64,000 nt of DNA from a bacterium (GTDB taxonomy: Bacteria; UBA8248). Each line of letters opens with the position of its first letter. The first letter of the stretch is position 1. Shown piece by piece: positions 28,908 to 40,039 of the stretch. The translations under genes were made by a program, and so were the position numbers. The DNA is taken from the NCBI GenBank assembly GCA_965213625.1, contig CBDBZU010000004.1, forward strand, positions 192,001-256,000, in the 5' to 3' direction. The notes below the pieces were generated by a model. It did no database searches. It saw nothing but the letters and a program-made list of their open reading frames with translations, and was not told where the DNA came from.

Positions 28908-31900
28908 ATGGAGATTTCGGCGATATTTCATGCGGGTAACGAGGCGGCGCGGGCGGACGGGCCCGGACCCGATGAGGCGATAGCGGCGGCTTCGAAGCGG
29001 ACTCCGCGCGGCCTGCACAGGCCCTGGGGCGCGATAGGCGTCGCCCTCCGCCTTCTGCTGGCGTGCCTGCTGCTCGCGGCCGTGGCCCTCGCGCCCTCTA
29101 CCGCCGCAGCTCAGTCCGAAGGCGACCTGCGCCTCATCGGCGGAATCGATACGGATTCGCCCAGAACGGGGCGGCTGGAAATCTACCACACGCAGTCCGG
29201 TGAAACCGGTCGGTGGGGACCCATCTGCGACGATGCCTTCCGTATCCACGAGGCCAGAGTGGCCTGCAAGCAACTGGGCTACGGGGACGCAAAGCGCGCC
29301 ATCATTCGCTACAGCAAGACCCACTCGATGACCACGGCGGATTTCTGGCTCGACGACCTCGATTGCAACGGTACGGAATCGAAGCTGACCGATTGCAAGA
29401 GGTGGCAACAGAATGGAAGGGGACATGTAACGGGGCTGCAGTGGGGGCAGCACAACTGCGTTCCCGAAGAGCAGGTGGGCGTGGAATGCACGGCCGACAC
29501 GACCTCGAACTCCATTCAGATCGACAAGCGCAAGCTCGTGGTGGCCGAAGGACTCAGCGCACCCTTCACGGTCAGGCTGGGCAAGGTGCCGACTGCTGAC
29601 GTCACGGTCACCATGACCGTGAACAGCGGTCCCGACCTGACCCTAAAGGACGGCGACGATACGATATCGACGCTTACCTTCACGACAGGAAACTGGAACG
29701 TGCCGCAGACGGTGACTGTGGCGGCTGCGAGCGACACCGACACCGCCGATGAGGCGGGCATCACGATCGGCTTCAGCTCCACGGGAGGCGGTTACCAGGG
29801 AGCGAGTTCGCCAACCCTCAAGGTCGAAATAAGGGACGATGACACCAAAGGGATTACGATCACGCCGACTCGCCTGAACTCCTATGAAACCGATTCTGCC
29901 AACCAGATCAAAACCGGCGTCGTGCGCAGCTACACGGTGGAGATGACCGGCGCGCCCTCGGAGGACGTTACGATCAACCTCGCGGTAGCCGCCAATACGC
30001 CCGGCGGGGTCGGTGCGACCGATATCACCCTGGAGCCCTCGACCCTCACCTTCACTACGTCGAACTGGAGCGGGCCGCGTACCGTTACGCCGAAGGTGAC
30101 CAAGGATGCGGACGCAATTTCCGAGACGGTCACGATCTCGCATACCATCGTCACCGAAGACAGCGACTACAGCGCGATGAACCTCCCGGACGTTACGATG
30201 GAGGTGAAAGACGTGGGCGGGTACGGCCCCGGGCTTTCGGTGGATGACGTCACGGTGACCGAGGGCACGAATGTAACGCTCGACTTCAAGGTGACGCTGT
30301 TTCCGTCGTCCACGGGCACAGTAAGGGTGAGATACAAGACCGTGGAAGGCACGGCGACGGCGGGCGAGGACTATACCTTCACGAGCGGACTGCTCATCTT
30401 CGCCCCCGGCGAGACGGAGAAGACGGTCTCGGTGCCGGTCATCGACGATAGTGTGGAGGACAGCGGAAATACGCTGTGGTTCATGCTGACTGTCGCCACG
30501 GGCGCGACCATTGACGATCAATGGGGACTGGGCACGATCCTCAACTCCGAGACGAGCGGCGACAACACGGCGCCGACGGGATCGCCGACGATTTCCGGGA
30601 CCGCGCGGGTCGGGGAGACGCTGACGGCGTCGTCTACAGAGATTGCGGACACGGACGGGCTGACCAACGCGAACTTCGCCTGGCAGTGGATGGCGAGCGA
30701 CGAGACGGACAGGTCGGACATCGCGGGTGCGACGTCGGAGACCTACACCCTGACCTCTGCCGAACAAGGCAAGACGATCCAGGTGCGGGCGACCTTCACC
30801 GACGACGGGGGCACGGAAGAGACGCTGGTGAGCGCCGCGACGGAGGCGGTGACCGCGGCCGTTCAGCAGCAGGTTGCGAGCGATACCGACCCGCCGACCG
30901 TGTCGGTGACGAGCGACGCGACGGGAACGGTGACGGGCGACTTCGACGTCACGGTGACGTTCAGCGAGGCGGTGACGGGCTTCGAGATGTCCGAGCTGTC
31001 AATCACCAACGGTTCGGCCACGAGGATGCTGAGCAACGAAGCGGGCGACGCGTACACGGTGACCATCACGCCCGATCCCGGCGCTTCGGGAACGCTTTCG
31101 GTGGAGGTCCCGGCGGGGGTGGCGAGTGATGCGGCGGAGAACGCGAACACCGCCTCGGGCGCATTCGGCATCGCGGTGAGGACCGCGCTGAGCGCGTCGT
31201 TCTCGGAATTGCCGTCGTCGCATGACGGTTCGACGGTGTTTACGTTCACGCTGACGTTCAGTGAGGATGTAAGCGGCCTGAGCTTCCGGACGCTCAAGTT
31301 CGGTGGCATCGGGGTGACCGGCGGGACGGTGAGGCGCGCGCTTCGCCGCCCGCCAGGGCGGAACCAGTACTGGACCATCCACGTCGAGCCGGACACGGAC
31401 GGGGACTTGACGATCACGCTGCCCGAGGCGAGCGACTGCGCGGCGACGGGGGCGGTGTGCACGAGCGAAGGACACAAGCTCACCGGCGCGGTGTCGGCGA
31501 CCATACCGGGTCCGGCGTCGGAGCCGCGTGTGTCGATCGCGGCGGGGACGTCGCCGGTGACAGAGGGCGCGGCGGCGTCGTTCACACTCAGCCGCAGGGG
31601 CGGCCCGACGACGGCGCTCTCGGTGGACCTGAGCGTGAGCGAGGACGGTTCGATGGTGGACGGTACGGCGCCGTCGACGGCGACGTTCGCCGCGGGGTCG
31701 ACGACGGCGACGCTCACGGTGGCGACGGCGGACGACGAGGTGGAGGAGTCGGCGAGCGTCATCACGGCGACGGTTTCGTCCGGAACCGGCTACGCGCTCG
31801 ATACGGGTGCGGAGAGTGCGTCGGTGACGGTCGAGGACGACGATGGTGCGTCGGCCAACGCGGCGCCGACGGGTCTGCCGACGATTACGGGCGCGGCGAA

Positions 31901-34900
31901 GGTCGGCCAGACGCTGACGGCGTCGGAGACAGGGATAGCGGACGATGACGGGCTGACGAACGCGAGTTTCACATGGCAGTGGATCGCGAACGACGGGACG
32001 GCGGATGCCGAGATCGCGGGCGCGACGGGCGCGACCTACACGCTGACCGCTGCCGAGGAAGGCAAGACCATCAAGGTGCGGGCGACGTTCACCGACGACG
32101 GCGGCAGGGAGGAGACGCTCGAGAGCGCCGCCACGGAGGCGGTCGCGGCGCTCTCGACCGTTCCGGTCTGGTCGGCGACCGTGACGGTCGGGGCGGACGG
32201 GAACTTCCGGGGTTTATCCACAATGGCCAATCCGGATGTCGGATCGGCGTCCTTGGTCAGGTTCGATTACGGGTCGGAAACCACGCTCCGCTACACGGTT
32301 CAGATCGTGGGCGCCAATACCGACGGCGTGATATTCAAGGTTCGGAGCCGGAACGATGACCTCTCCGGAATGTACCTGGAGTGGGCCGGCGAGACACTGC
32401 CGTTGGCCTCCGCCGGCCGCCGGAGTGACGGGCGGTTCATCTGGGGCCAGAGCTGGCTCGCCGTCAACGCGCCTTCACTGAGCGCGTCCTCTTACGTCTC
32501 GACGCTGCCGGAGAACGGCGCGGTCTCCGTATGCCTGCGGACCGTGGGACAGAGCTGTTCGGCGACCGTGGCGGAGAGCACCGCCAACGCGGCGCCGACG
32601 GGCCTGCCGACGATTACGGGCGCGGCGCGTGTCGGCGAGACGCTGACGGCGTCGGAATCGGGCATCGCGGACGATGACGGACTGACGAACGCGAGTTTCA
32701 CATGGCAGTGGATCGCGAACGACGGGACGGACGACACGGACATCGCGGATGCGACGGGCGCGACATACACGCTGACCGCCGCCGAGGAAGGCAAGACGAT
32801 CAAGGTGCGGGCGACGTTCACCGACGATGGCGGAACGGAGGAGACGCTCGAGAGCGCCGTGACGGATGCGGTGGCCGCGGCGCTTCCCCGGGTTTCGATC
32901 GCGGCGACCTCCTCGCCGGTGACGGAAGGCGCTGCGGCGGCGTTCACGCTGAGCCGGACGGGCGACGCGACGGCGGCGTTGACAGTAGCGGTGAGCGTGA
33001 GCGAGGCGGGCTCCGTGCTGTCGGGGACGCCGGCTTCCTCGGTGACCTTCGCGGCGGGGAACGCGACGGCCGCCCTCAGCCTGGCCACCGAGAACGACGA
33101 CGTGGACGAGGCGGACGCGAGGGTGACGGTTTCGGTGTCGTCGGGGACGGGCTACTCGGTGGCTCCGGACGCGGCCTCGGCCGGGGTGGATGTCTACGAC
33201 GACGACGCGGCGGCCTCTGGCGAGGCGACGGTCACGACGCTCTGGTCCACGACACTCGAATGGACGGACCTGAACGGCAATGTGATCGCCAACGCGGCGG
33301 ACTTCGCGGACGCGGGCTGGTCCGAGGACGGGGACGCCTTCAGGGTCTGGTACTTCGCCTACGATCCGTATGGCGGCGATCTGTGGTTGCGGATGAACTC
33401 TTCCCGGTCTGCCGGGGACATTCCCCGGCCGGGAGAGCTGACGCTGCGCATCGGCGACGAGACGGTGCAGGCCGGCGATGCGCTGTCGGCCTTCTCCGCG
33501 GGCAATATCGGGACCGTCAGCGGGGTCTGGCAGGACTGGGAGGAGGGCGACCGGGTTTCGGTGCGCCTGACGCGGACGGAAGCGGCGGAGACGACCGCCT
33601 CCCTGCCGGGGCTTTCCGTGGCGGACGCGCAAGTCAACGAGTCGTCGGGCGCGCCGCTCTCGTTCAGCGTGACGCTGGGTGCGGCGCAGACCTCTGCGGT
33701 CTCGGTGCGCTATGCGACCTCGGACGGCACGGCGACGGCGGGCGCGGACTATGAGGCGGTATCCGGAATACTACGCTTCGAGGCGGGCGAAACCTCGAAG
33801 ACGGTGTCGGTTCCGGTGATCAACGACGATCACGACGATGACGGCGAGACGATGACGCTCACGCTCTCTTCGCCGTTCGGAGCCGAGATTATCGACGGCG
33901 CGGCGACGGGGACGATCAACAACACCGACCCGATGCCGAAGGCGTGGCTCGCGCGCTTCGGGCGTGTGGCGGCGGAGCACGTAACCGGCGCGATAGGCGA
34001 GCGCCTGCGCGGCGGGGCGGGTACGCAGGTAACGCTGGCCGGGCAGGCCCTGGATTTCGGCGGGGATCCGCAACTGGTGAAAGACGAAGGCGGCGCGCTT
34101 CTGTTCGCGAAGAATGATTCGGCAGCCGCCCTCCCCACGCTGATGCGCGATTCGGGCGAGGACGTGGGGCTGCGCCCACTGGAGGAGGACGGCGAGACCT
34201 CGATTCCCGAACTCCTGCTCGCGAGTTCGTTCCACCTGGCGTCTGCGGGAGACCCCGGCTCGGACCGGCGCTGGTCCGTCTGGGGGCGGGGGGCGCGATC
34301 GAGCTTCGACGGCGCGGAAGGCGCTCTCACCCTCGAGGGCGAGGTGACGACGGCGACGCTGGGACTCGACATCGAGCAGAGCCGCTGGCTGCTCGGCGTG
34401 GCGCTCTCCCGGAGCGCGGGCGAGGGTTCCTACCTGGGCGACGCGACGTGCCGGAGCGGGTGCGACATAGAGAGCGCGCTCACGGGCGTATACCCCTATG
34501 CGCGCTACCGGGTGAGCGAGCGCCTTGAACTTTGGGGCGTCGTGGGCCACGGACAGGGGGACATGACGCTCAGCCCCGAGGGGATGGACGATATCGACAC
34601 CGACATCGAGATGAGCATGGCGGCGGCGGGGGCGCGCGGCGTTGTGCTGCCCGCCTCTGAAAAAGGAGACTTCGAGCTCGCCCTGCGGGCGGACCTGCTG
34701 GTGACGCGTACGAGTTCGGACGCGGTGTCGGAAGCGGGAACGGGCCGCCTGGCCGAGACGGAATCGGAGACGAGCCGCCTGCGGCTCCTGCTCGAGGGCT
34801 CGCGCAGCTTCAGCTTCGGTGAGCACGCCGTGCTCACGCCCTCGGTGGAGCTCGGCCTTCGCTACGACGGCGGCGATGCGGAAAGGGGCGCCGGCCTGGA

Positions 34901-35375
34901 ACTGGGCGGCGCGCTCCGCTATGCGGCCGGGAGTCTCACCGTGGAGGTGAGCGCGCGCGGTCTTCTCGCCCACAGCGAGAGCGATTACGAGGAATGGGGC
35001 GTGAGCGGTTCGGTGCGCTTGGCGCCGGGTACGGACGGGCGCGGCCTCTCGATGCGGCTGGGTTCGGGCTGGGGCGCGACCTCGGGAGGTGCGGAGCAGT
35101 TGTTCTCGCAGGCGAACGGGGCGTTCGGGGCGGGACGCTTCGACCCCGACGCGCGGCTGGACGCCGAGGTGGCTTACGGCCTCGACGCCCCGCGCGGTCT
35201 GCTGACGCCCTATACCGGCGTGGCGTACTCGGAGAATGCGGAGACGTGGCGCGCGGGCGCGCGCTGGAAGCTCGGCCCCGAATACGAGGTGAGCGTGGAA
35301 GCGAGCCTCAAAGAATCCCCAGGCGGGGAAGAACCCGAGAGCGGCTTGCTGCTTAGGGGTTCCAAGCGCTGGTAG
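28908..35375 (+). CDS. Giant autotransporter-like adhesin with N-terminal SRCR domain, Calx-beta and Ig-like repeats
   Basis: Signal LLACLLLAAVALAPSTAAAQ; SRCR GDLRLIGG..GRLEIYH..WGPICDD..VACKQLGY..WLDDLDCNGTE..HNC..VGVEC; three APTGxPTIxG repeats; DPMPKAWLARFGR linker; ends in W. Confidence 0.88.
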   Translation: MEISAIFHAGNEAARADGPGPDEAIAAASKRTPRGLHRPWGAIGVALRLLLACLLLAAVALAPSTAAAQSEGDLRLIGGIDTDSPRTGRLEIYHTQSGETGRWGPICDDAFRIHEARVACKQLGYGDAKRAIIRYSKTHSMTTADFWLDDLDCNGTESKLTDCKRWQQNGRGHVTGLQWGQHNCVPEEQVGVECTADTTSNSIQIDKRKLVVAEGLSAPFTVRLGKVPTADVTVTMTVNSGPDLTLKDGDDTISTLTFTTGNWNVPQTVTVAAASDTDTADEAGITIGFSSTGGGYQGASSPTLKVEIRDDDTKGITITPTRLNSYETDSANQIKTGVVRSYTVEMTGAPSEDVTINLAVAANTPGGVGATDITLEPSTLTFTTSNWSGPRTVTPKVTKDADAISETVTISHTIVTEDSDYSAMNLPDVTMEVKDVGGYGPGLSVDDVTVTEGTNVTLDFKVTLFPSSTGTVRVRYKTVEGTATAGEDYTFTSGLLIFAPGETEKTVSVPVIDDSVEDSGNTLWFMLTVATGATIDDQWGLGTILNSETSGDNTAPTGSPTISGTARVGETLTASSTEIADTDGLTNANFAWQWMASDETDRSDIAGATSETYTLTSAEQGKTIQVRATFTDDGGTEETLVSAATEAVTAAVQQQVASDTDPPTVSVTSDATGTVTGDFDVTVTFSEAVTGFEMSELSITNGSATRMLSNEAGDAYTVTITPDPGASGTLSVEVPAGVASDAAENANTASGAFGIAVRTALSASFSELPSSHDGSTVFTFTLTFSEDVSGLSFRTLKFGGIGVTGGTVRRALRRPPGRNQYWTIHVEPDTDGDLTITLPEASDCAATGAVCTSEGHKLTGAVSATIPGPASEPRVSIAAGTSPVTEGAAASFTLSRRGGPTTALSVDLSVSEDGSMVDGTAPSTATFAAGSTTATLTVATADDEVEESASVITATVSSGTGYALDTGAESASVTVEDDDGASANAAPTGLPTITGAAKVGQTLTASETGIADDDGLTNASFTWQWIANDGTADAEIAGATGATYTLTAAEEGKTIKVRATFTDDGGREETLESAATEAVAALSTVPVWSATVTVGADGNFRGLSTMANPDVGSASLVRFDYGSETTLRYTVQIVGANTDGVIFKVRSRNDDLSGMYLEWAGETLPLASAGRRSDGRFIWGQSWLAVNAPSLSASSYVSTLPENGAVSVCLRTVGQSCSATVAESTANAAPTGLPTITGAARVGETLTASESGIADDDGLTNASFTWQWIANDGTDDTDIADATGATYTLTAAEEGKTIKVRATFTDDGGTEETLESAVTDAVAAALPRVSIAATSSPVTEGAAAAFTLSRTGDATAALTVAVSVSEAGSVLSGTPASSVTFAAGNATAALSLATENDDVDEADARVTVSVSSGTGYSVAPDAASAGVDVYDDDAAASGEATVTTLWSTTLEWTDLNGNVIANAADFADAGWSEDGDAFRVWYFAYDPYGGDLWLRMNSSRSAGDIPRPGELTLRIGDETVQAGDALSAFSAGNIGTVSGVWQDWEEGDRVSVRLTRTEAAETTASLPGLSVADAQVNESSGAPLSFSVTLGAAQTSAVSVRYATSDGTATAGADYEAVSGILRFEAGETSKTVSVPVINDDHDDDGETMTLTLSSPFGAEIIDGAATGTINNTDPMPKAWLARFGRVAAEHVTGAIGERLRGGAGTQVTLAGQALDFGGDPQLVKDEGGALLFAKNDSAAALPTLMRDSGEDVGLRPLEEDGETSIPELLLASSFHLASAGDPGSDRRWSVWGRGARSSFDGAEGALTLEGEVTTATLGLDIEQSRWLLGVALSRSAGEGSYLGDATCRSGCDIESALTGVYPYARYRVSERLELWGVVGHGQGDMTLSPEGMDDIDTDIEMSMAAAGARGVVLPASEKGDFELALRADLLVTRTSSDAVSEAGTGRLAETESETSRLRLLLEGSRSFSFGEHAVLTPSVELGLRYDGGDAERGAGLELGGALRYAAGSLTVEVSARGLLAHSESDYEEWGVSGSVRLAPGTDGRGLSMRLGSGWGATSGGAEQLFSQANGAFGAGRFDPDARLDAEVAYGLDAPRGLLTPYTGVAYSENAETWRAGARWKLGPEYEVSVEASLKESPGGEEPESGLLLRGSKRW

Positions 35376-35501
35376 GCGGATCCGACCAATTCGGGGTTGT
35401 TGAAAAACCCCCGTTAAGGGCAGCGAACGCTCCCTCCCCGGTCGCGTTCGGTCTTCCGTCTCCCGGAGGTTTTCGGCCGGGCCGTCCGGCACCTCGCCCG
35501 G

Positions 35502-38054
35502 CTATGCTTTCAGGCGGGCGCCCTCGGGGTCGAACATCTCAGAGGGCGAAGCCACGGACACGGGGAAGCGCTCGTTCATATATTGCACCTGCAGCTTGTT
35601 GCCGGCCACCGCCTGCTCGATCGGCAGATAGGCCAGCAGGAGGTATTTGCCGAGGGAGGGTCCCATACCGGCCGAGGTGACGAAGGACTCCCGTCCGCGG
35701 GCGTCGACGAGGCGCTCGCCCCCAAGCGTCAGGATCGGTTCGCTGCTGCCGGCGGGGAACCGCAACATCCCGGATTCGCCGGCGTGATCATCAACCGTCA
35801 GTGTACAAAGCTTCGCCGCCGGACCTTCGTCGCGCGCCTGCAGGTAGGCCCTCTTCCCGATGAATTCCGCGGCCTTCACGCGGGGCCGCGCCAGGCCCGC
35901 CTCCACCGGCGAGTACTCGGAGGTGAGATCGGCGCCCATGAGCGCGTATCCCTTTTCCAGGCGTCCCGTGGCGCCGTAGACGCCGATACCGACGGGCCGG
36001 GCGTCGAAGGTGCGGCCCGCCTCCCAAATCGCGTCCCACAGGCGCGCGCCGTGCGACGTGCGCGTGTAGATCTCCCATCCGCTCTCGCCCACGTAGGAAA
36101 TGCGCAGCATCGTCGTCGGCACGCCGTCGATAATCACCTCCTGCACCGTCCCGAACGGAAACGCTTCCTGTGTCAGCGGGGAGTCGGCAATCTCTGTGAG
36201 CAACGCGCGGGCATCCGGTCCCCATACCCCGATGGTGCAGAACCCCGACGATTGGTTCTCGAGCTGAACCGAGCCGTCCCCGGGAAGATGGCGGCGGAAC
36301 CAGACCTCGTCGCGCGCACCGTCGAAGACGCCGGTCACGATGCGGAACCGATCGTCCGCCAGCCTCTGGATGGTGAGGTCGGCGCGGATCCCGCCTTCCG
36401 GCGTCAGTAGCGGTGTGTAGATCGAGCTGCCCACTGGACGATCGCAGGGGTTGACCGCCAACCGCTCCAGGTAGGGCACGACGCCGGGGCCTGAGGCGTC
36501 GAAGATCTGAAAAGCGCTCAAATCCACGATCCCGACTTTCTCCCGCATGTGGAGATGCTCCGCGTTGATGATCGGTGACCACCAGCGGCGGTCCCATTCG
36601 TGCGGGCGATCCGAAATGCCGTAGCGGGCGACCAGGTCCTCGTTCGACGCGTACCACTGGGGCCGCTCCCAGCCGTGCGCTTCGTAGAATTCGGCGCCCA
36701 GGTCCGCGGTGCGATCGTGGAACGGCGCCCGGTGCATGCCGCGTTCGGACGCCCACTGCTCACGCGGATGCACGATTCCGTAAGTCTTGTTGAAGTGTTC
36801 GCGGCATCGCTGCCTGATGTGCTGCTCGGTTCGCTCGTGCGGGTAGAACCGCGTGATGTCCGAGCCGTGCGGATCGCACAGACGCGGATAGCCGTGGGTG
36901 ATCCACTCGGCGATCAGGCGCGCGGTGCCGGGGCCCTCCTTGATCCAGACGGCGGCCGCCGACCAGAGCTTCTCCACCTCGGCTGTCTCGCCCAGCACCT
37001 GCATCGCATCCGGGGTCAGGGAGAGCAGTCCGTTCACCGAATACTGCATTTCGGAACCGGCGAGCAACTCGCCCATAATCGCCCGGGCGTGCTCGAGCTG
37101 CGGCGCAAAGTCATCGCCGGTGAAGGGCAGCTCGGTGGGTGTCCGCTCCGCTTCCGCATTGGAAGGAATGTCATCGGGATGCACCAGGATGGGGCGGTGG
37201 GCGTACGAGCCGATCTCCATCGCCCCGTGACTCTGCCGCTCGTACATGAAGGTGTCCATGTCGCGGACGATCGGATAGTCGATCTCGTTTCCCGTCCTTT
37301 GCAGCAGGTCGATTGAGCCCATGTCGGCCATCTGGTGCACCGCCGGGGTGAGCGGGATGGTCGCTCCGGCGAGCGCGGCGACCCTCGGGCTCCAGACGCC
37401 GCACGCGATCACCACCTGTTCCACCTCAATCGCGCCGCGCGTAGTCGCCACGGCCCGGATGCGCGGACGGCCGAACGGCGGGCGTGATACCTCAAGCCCC
37501 GTGACCTCGGTGCCCTCCAGCACGGTCAACACGCCCTTGGCCTGCGCCCCCTCACGCATGATGGCGCCCGCCCGGACCGAGTCGACCACAGAGGCGCTCG
37601 GCGTGTAGAAGCCGCCCAGGATCACGTCACCGTTCACGAACGGCGCCCTGGCGACCACCTCGGCGGGATTAAGCAGTTCGGCCTCGATGCCCCAGCACAG
37701 GGCCGAGGTCATCCGCCGGCGCAACTCTTCCATGCGGGCATCCGTGCGCGCCACTTCGATGCCACCGCAAGTGGTGTTGACGCCGAGCGCGGCGTACTGG
37801 CGCTGGCTCTCCAGCGTCAGCATCGTGATTTCGCGATTGTGATCGGTCGGGAATATGAAGTTCGACGCGTGGCCGGTCGAACCACCTGGGTTGGGCAGCG
37901 GCCCCTTTTCTATCAGCAGCAGGTCCTCCCACCCAAGCTCCGCCAGGTGTCCCACCAGGCAATTGCCGACGATTCCGGCGCCGATCACGGCAATCGTCGC
38001 CCGCGCCGGCGGCGGCGAAGCGCTCTCGGATGGGCTGGTGATGGCGTCTTTCAG
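35502..38054 (-). CDS. GcvT-family FAD-dependent oxidoreductase (dimethylglycine/sarcosine dehydrogenase-like); start uncertain
   Basis: ATIAVIGAGIVG Rossmann motif, GGSTGHAS, GWERP, RLEKGY and a GcvT C-terminus. The only plausible upstream in-frame start is CTG 38054. Confidence 0.88.
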   Translation of the reverse strand: MKDAITSPSESASPPPARATIAVIGAGIVGNCLVGHLAELGWEDLLLIEKGPLPNPGGSTGHASNFIFPTDHNREITMLTLESQRQYAALGVNTTCGGIEVARTDARMEELRRRMTSALCWGIEAELLNPAEVVARAPFVNGDVILGGFYTPSASVVDSVRAGAIMREGAQAKGVLTVLEGTEVTGLEVSRPPFGRPRIRAVATTRGAIEVEQVVIACGVWSPRVAALAGATIPLTPAVHQMADMGSIDLLQRTGNEIDYPIVRDMDTFMYERQSHGAMEIGSYAHRPILVHPDDIPSNAEAERTPTELPFTGDDFAPQLEHARAIMGELLAGSEMQYSVNGLLSLTPDAMQVLGETAEVEKLWSAAAVWIKEGPGTARLIAEWITHGYPRLCDPHGSDITRFYPHERTEQHIRQRCREHFNKTYGIVHPREQWASERGMHRAPFHDRTADLGAEFYEAHGWERPQWYASNEDLVARYGISDRPHEWDRRWWSPIINAEHLHMREKVGIVDLSAFQIFDASGPGVVPYLERLAVNPCDRPVGSSIYTPLLTPEGGIRADLTIQRLADDRFRIVTGVFDGARDEVWFRRHLPGDGSVQLENQSSGFCTIGVWGPDARALLTEIADSPLTQEAFPFGTVQEVIIDGVPTTMLRISYVGESGWEIYTRTSHGARLWDAIWEAGRTFDARPVGIGVYGATGRLEKGYALMGADLTSEYSPVEAGLARPRVKAAEFIGKRAYLQARDEGPAAKLCTLTVDDHAGESGMLRFPAGSSEPILTLGGERLVDARGRESFVTSAGMGPSLGKYLLLAYLPIEQAVAGNKLQVQYMNERFPVSVASPSEMFDPEGARLKA

Positions 38055-38232
38055 AACGGTTCCCCCGCATACGCATGGCGGTCACGACCCGCGGCATGCC
38101 CGGCCCCGGAGTCGGAAGGTCAGCCTTGAAACATGGCATATACGGCATATATGGCATATAATCAGCGTTATTTTCAAGGGTTGCGAGGGTCGGGGGGGCA
38201 CCCCGGTAGCGGCGGCGAACTCGCCCCGCGAA

Positions 38233-38455
38233 GGGGCTGTTGAAAAAGCCCATTCAAGTTACGGGCGGTATGGAGTCTCACACGATGGTGGAGGGGAAAC
38301 CGGCTCGGCGCGAGCGGGTGTGATTGGTCATGTAGGGGCCGCATATATGCGGCCCATGGTCGGCAGGCGTAAAAGGCAGGGTCGCATATATGCGACCCCT
38401 ACAACTTTACATTCGTTGAACCGAATCACGAAATCAGGGCTATTTCATCAGCCCC
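38233..38455. repeat. MITE-like element with a REP doublet (GTAGGGGCCGCATATATGCGGCCC...GGGTCGCATATATGCGACCCCTAC)
   Basis: 19-bp terminal inverted repeats, 17/19 match; REP core 38331-38403. Confidence 0.75.
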
Positions 38456-38513
38456 GGGGAGCGAGCGTTTGCCGCGTCGGAAAACCGTAAGGCGTGAGGG
38501 AACAGGAGAAGCC

Positions 38514-39818
38514 ATGAGTGGCCAGCCGCAAAGTGTCGACCAGTCCGACCGGATCGTTCCCGTCAACCTGCGCCAGAGCGGCCGGACGCCCGTGGAGATG
38601 CTTATCTCCACGCGGGTGCGGAAGTCGCCCTACTGGCATCTCTCCCACGAGGCGGGCTGCTGGCGGGCCACGGTCTACAACCGCGTCTACCATCCGCGCG
38701 GCTACGTGAGGCCGGAGGCGGGCGGCGCAGCCGTCGAGCACGAGGCGCTGACGAACCACGTGACGCTCTGGAACGTCGCGGTCGAGCGGCAGATCCAGGT
38801 CAAGGGACCGGATGCGGAGCGGTTCGTCGACTACGTCATCACCCGCGACGCGACCCGCATCAGGCCGATGCAGGCGAAGTACGTCATTCTCTGCAACGAG
38901 AAGGGCGGGATTCTGAACGACCCGGTACTGTTGCGCCTGGGCGAGGAGGAGTTCTGGTTCTCGCTGGCGGACTCCGACCTGCTGTTCTGGCTTCAGGGCG
39001 TCAACGTCGGGAAGCGGATGGATGTGGAGATCAACGAGATCGACGTCTGCCCGCTGCAGATCCAGGGGCCGAAGTCACTCGCGCTGATGGTCGATCTGCT
39101 GGGCGAGGGCGTCCGGGACATCCCCTACTACGGGGTCCTCGAAGGCGAGGTCGCGGGCTGCCCGGTGGTCGTCACCCAGACCGGCTTCTCGGGAGAGAAG
39201 GGTTACGAGATCTACCTGCGCGACGCCACCCTGCACGCCGAGAAGCTCTGGCGCGCGGTGATTGACGCGGGCAAGCCGCACCGGCTCATGGTCACCGCCC
39301 CCGGCCATCAGCGCCGCATCCAGGCCGGCATCCTGTCCTGGGGGCAGGACATCGACCACGAGACGGCGCCTTTTCAGTGCAACCTGGCCTATCAGGTGCC
39401 GCGCAGGAAGCAGGGCGACTACATCGGCCGGACGGCCCTCGAACAGATGCGGGCCGAGATCGACGCGGGGCGTCCGCCGTTCTCGATGGTGATGGTGGGC
39501 ATGAAGCTGGGCGGCAAGGCAATCGACGACTACGCGCCCGACTTCTGGCTGGTCTCGGATGCCGATGGAGGCGACCCGATCGGCTACCTGACTTCGCCGT
39601 GGCACGCCCCGGAGCTGGGGTGCAACATCGCGCTGGGTTACGTGCCGATCGGCAAGTCAGCAGTCGGGACCGAGCTGCTCGTCTGGCTGCCGGATGAGTA
39701 CGCCGGCGAACCGGGGCGACCCGACCGTGCGCAGGTTTGCGAGGTCCCCTTCCGCCCATCGGTCAACCCGAGTGCGCGCGAGCTGGCGCATGCCCGCGGA
39801 GAGGACGCGGCCGACTAA
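38514..39818 (+). CDS. GcvT/aminomethyltransferase-family demethylase
   Basis: AGGAG SD; WNVAVERQIQVKGPDA, GGILNDPVL, QIQGPKS, TGFSGEKGYEIY, RRIQAGILSWG. Confidence 0.88.
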   Translation: MSGQPQSVDQSDRIVPVNLRQSGRTPVEMLISTRVRKSPYWHLSHEAGCWRATVYNRVYHPRGYVRPEAGGAAVEHEALTNHVTLWNVAVERQIQVKGPDAERFVDYVITRDATRIRPMQAKYVILCNEKGGILNDPVLLRLGEEEFWFSLADSDLLFWLQGVNVGKRMDVEINEIDVCPLQIQGPKSLALMVDLLGEGVRDIPYYGVLEGEVAGCPVVVTQTGFSGEKGYEIYLRDATLHAEKLWRAVIDAGKPHRLMVTAPGHQRRIQAGILSWGQDIDHETAPFQCNLAYQVPRRKQGDYIGRTALEQMRAEIDAGRPPFSMVMVGMKLGGKAIDDYAPDFWLVSDADGGDPIGYLTSPWHAPELGCNIALGYVPIGKSAVGTELLVWLPDEYAGEPGRPDRAQVCEVPFRPSVNPSARELAHARGEDAAD

Positions 39819-40039
39819 CCCGGCCATCAACACCTTGCGACTCTGCTGTCCGCCACACAACCTCCCGGCAATTCCTCACCGATCTCAGGTCTTGAGGCGT
39901 TCGATCCACGCCGAACGGTTGGGGGTATGGCGACGGCGCCCTGGCGCCGGATCCCGGCGGATTCCGGGTAAGAAGCGCCCGGTCGGACTATAATCGAGTC
40001 GATACCGATTCAAACGGTATGGACGCACTGGGAGGAAAT

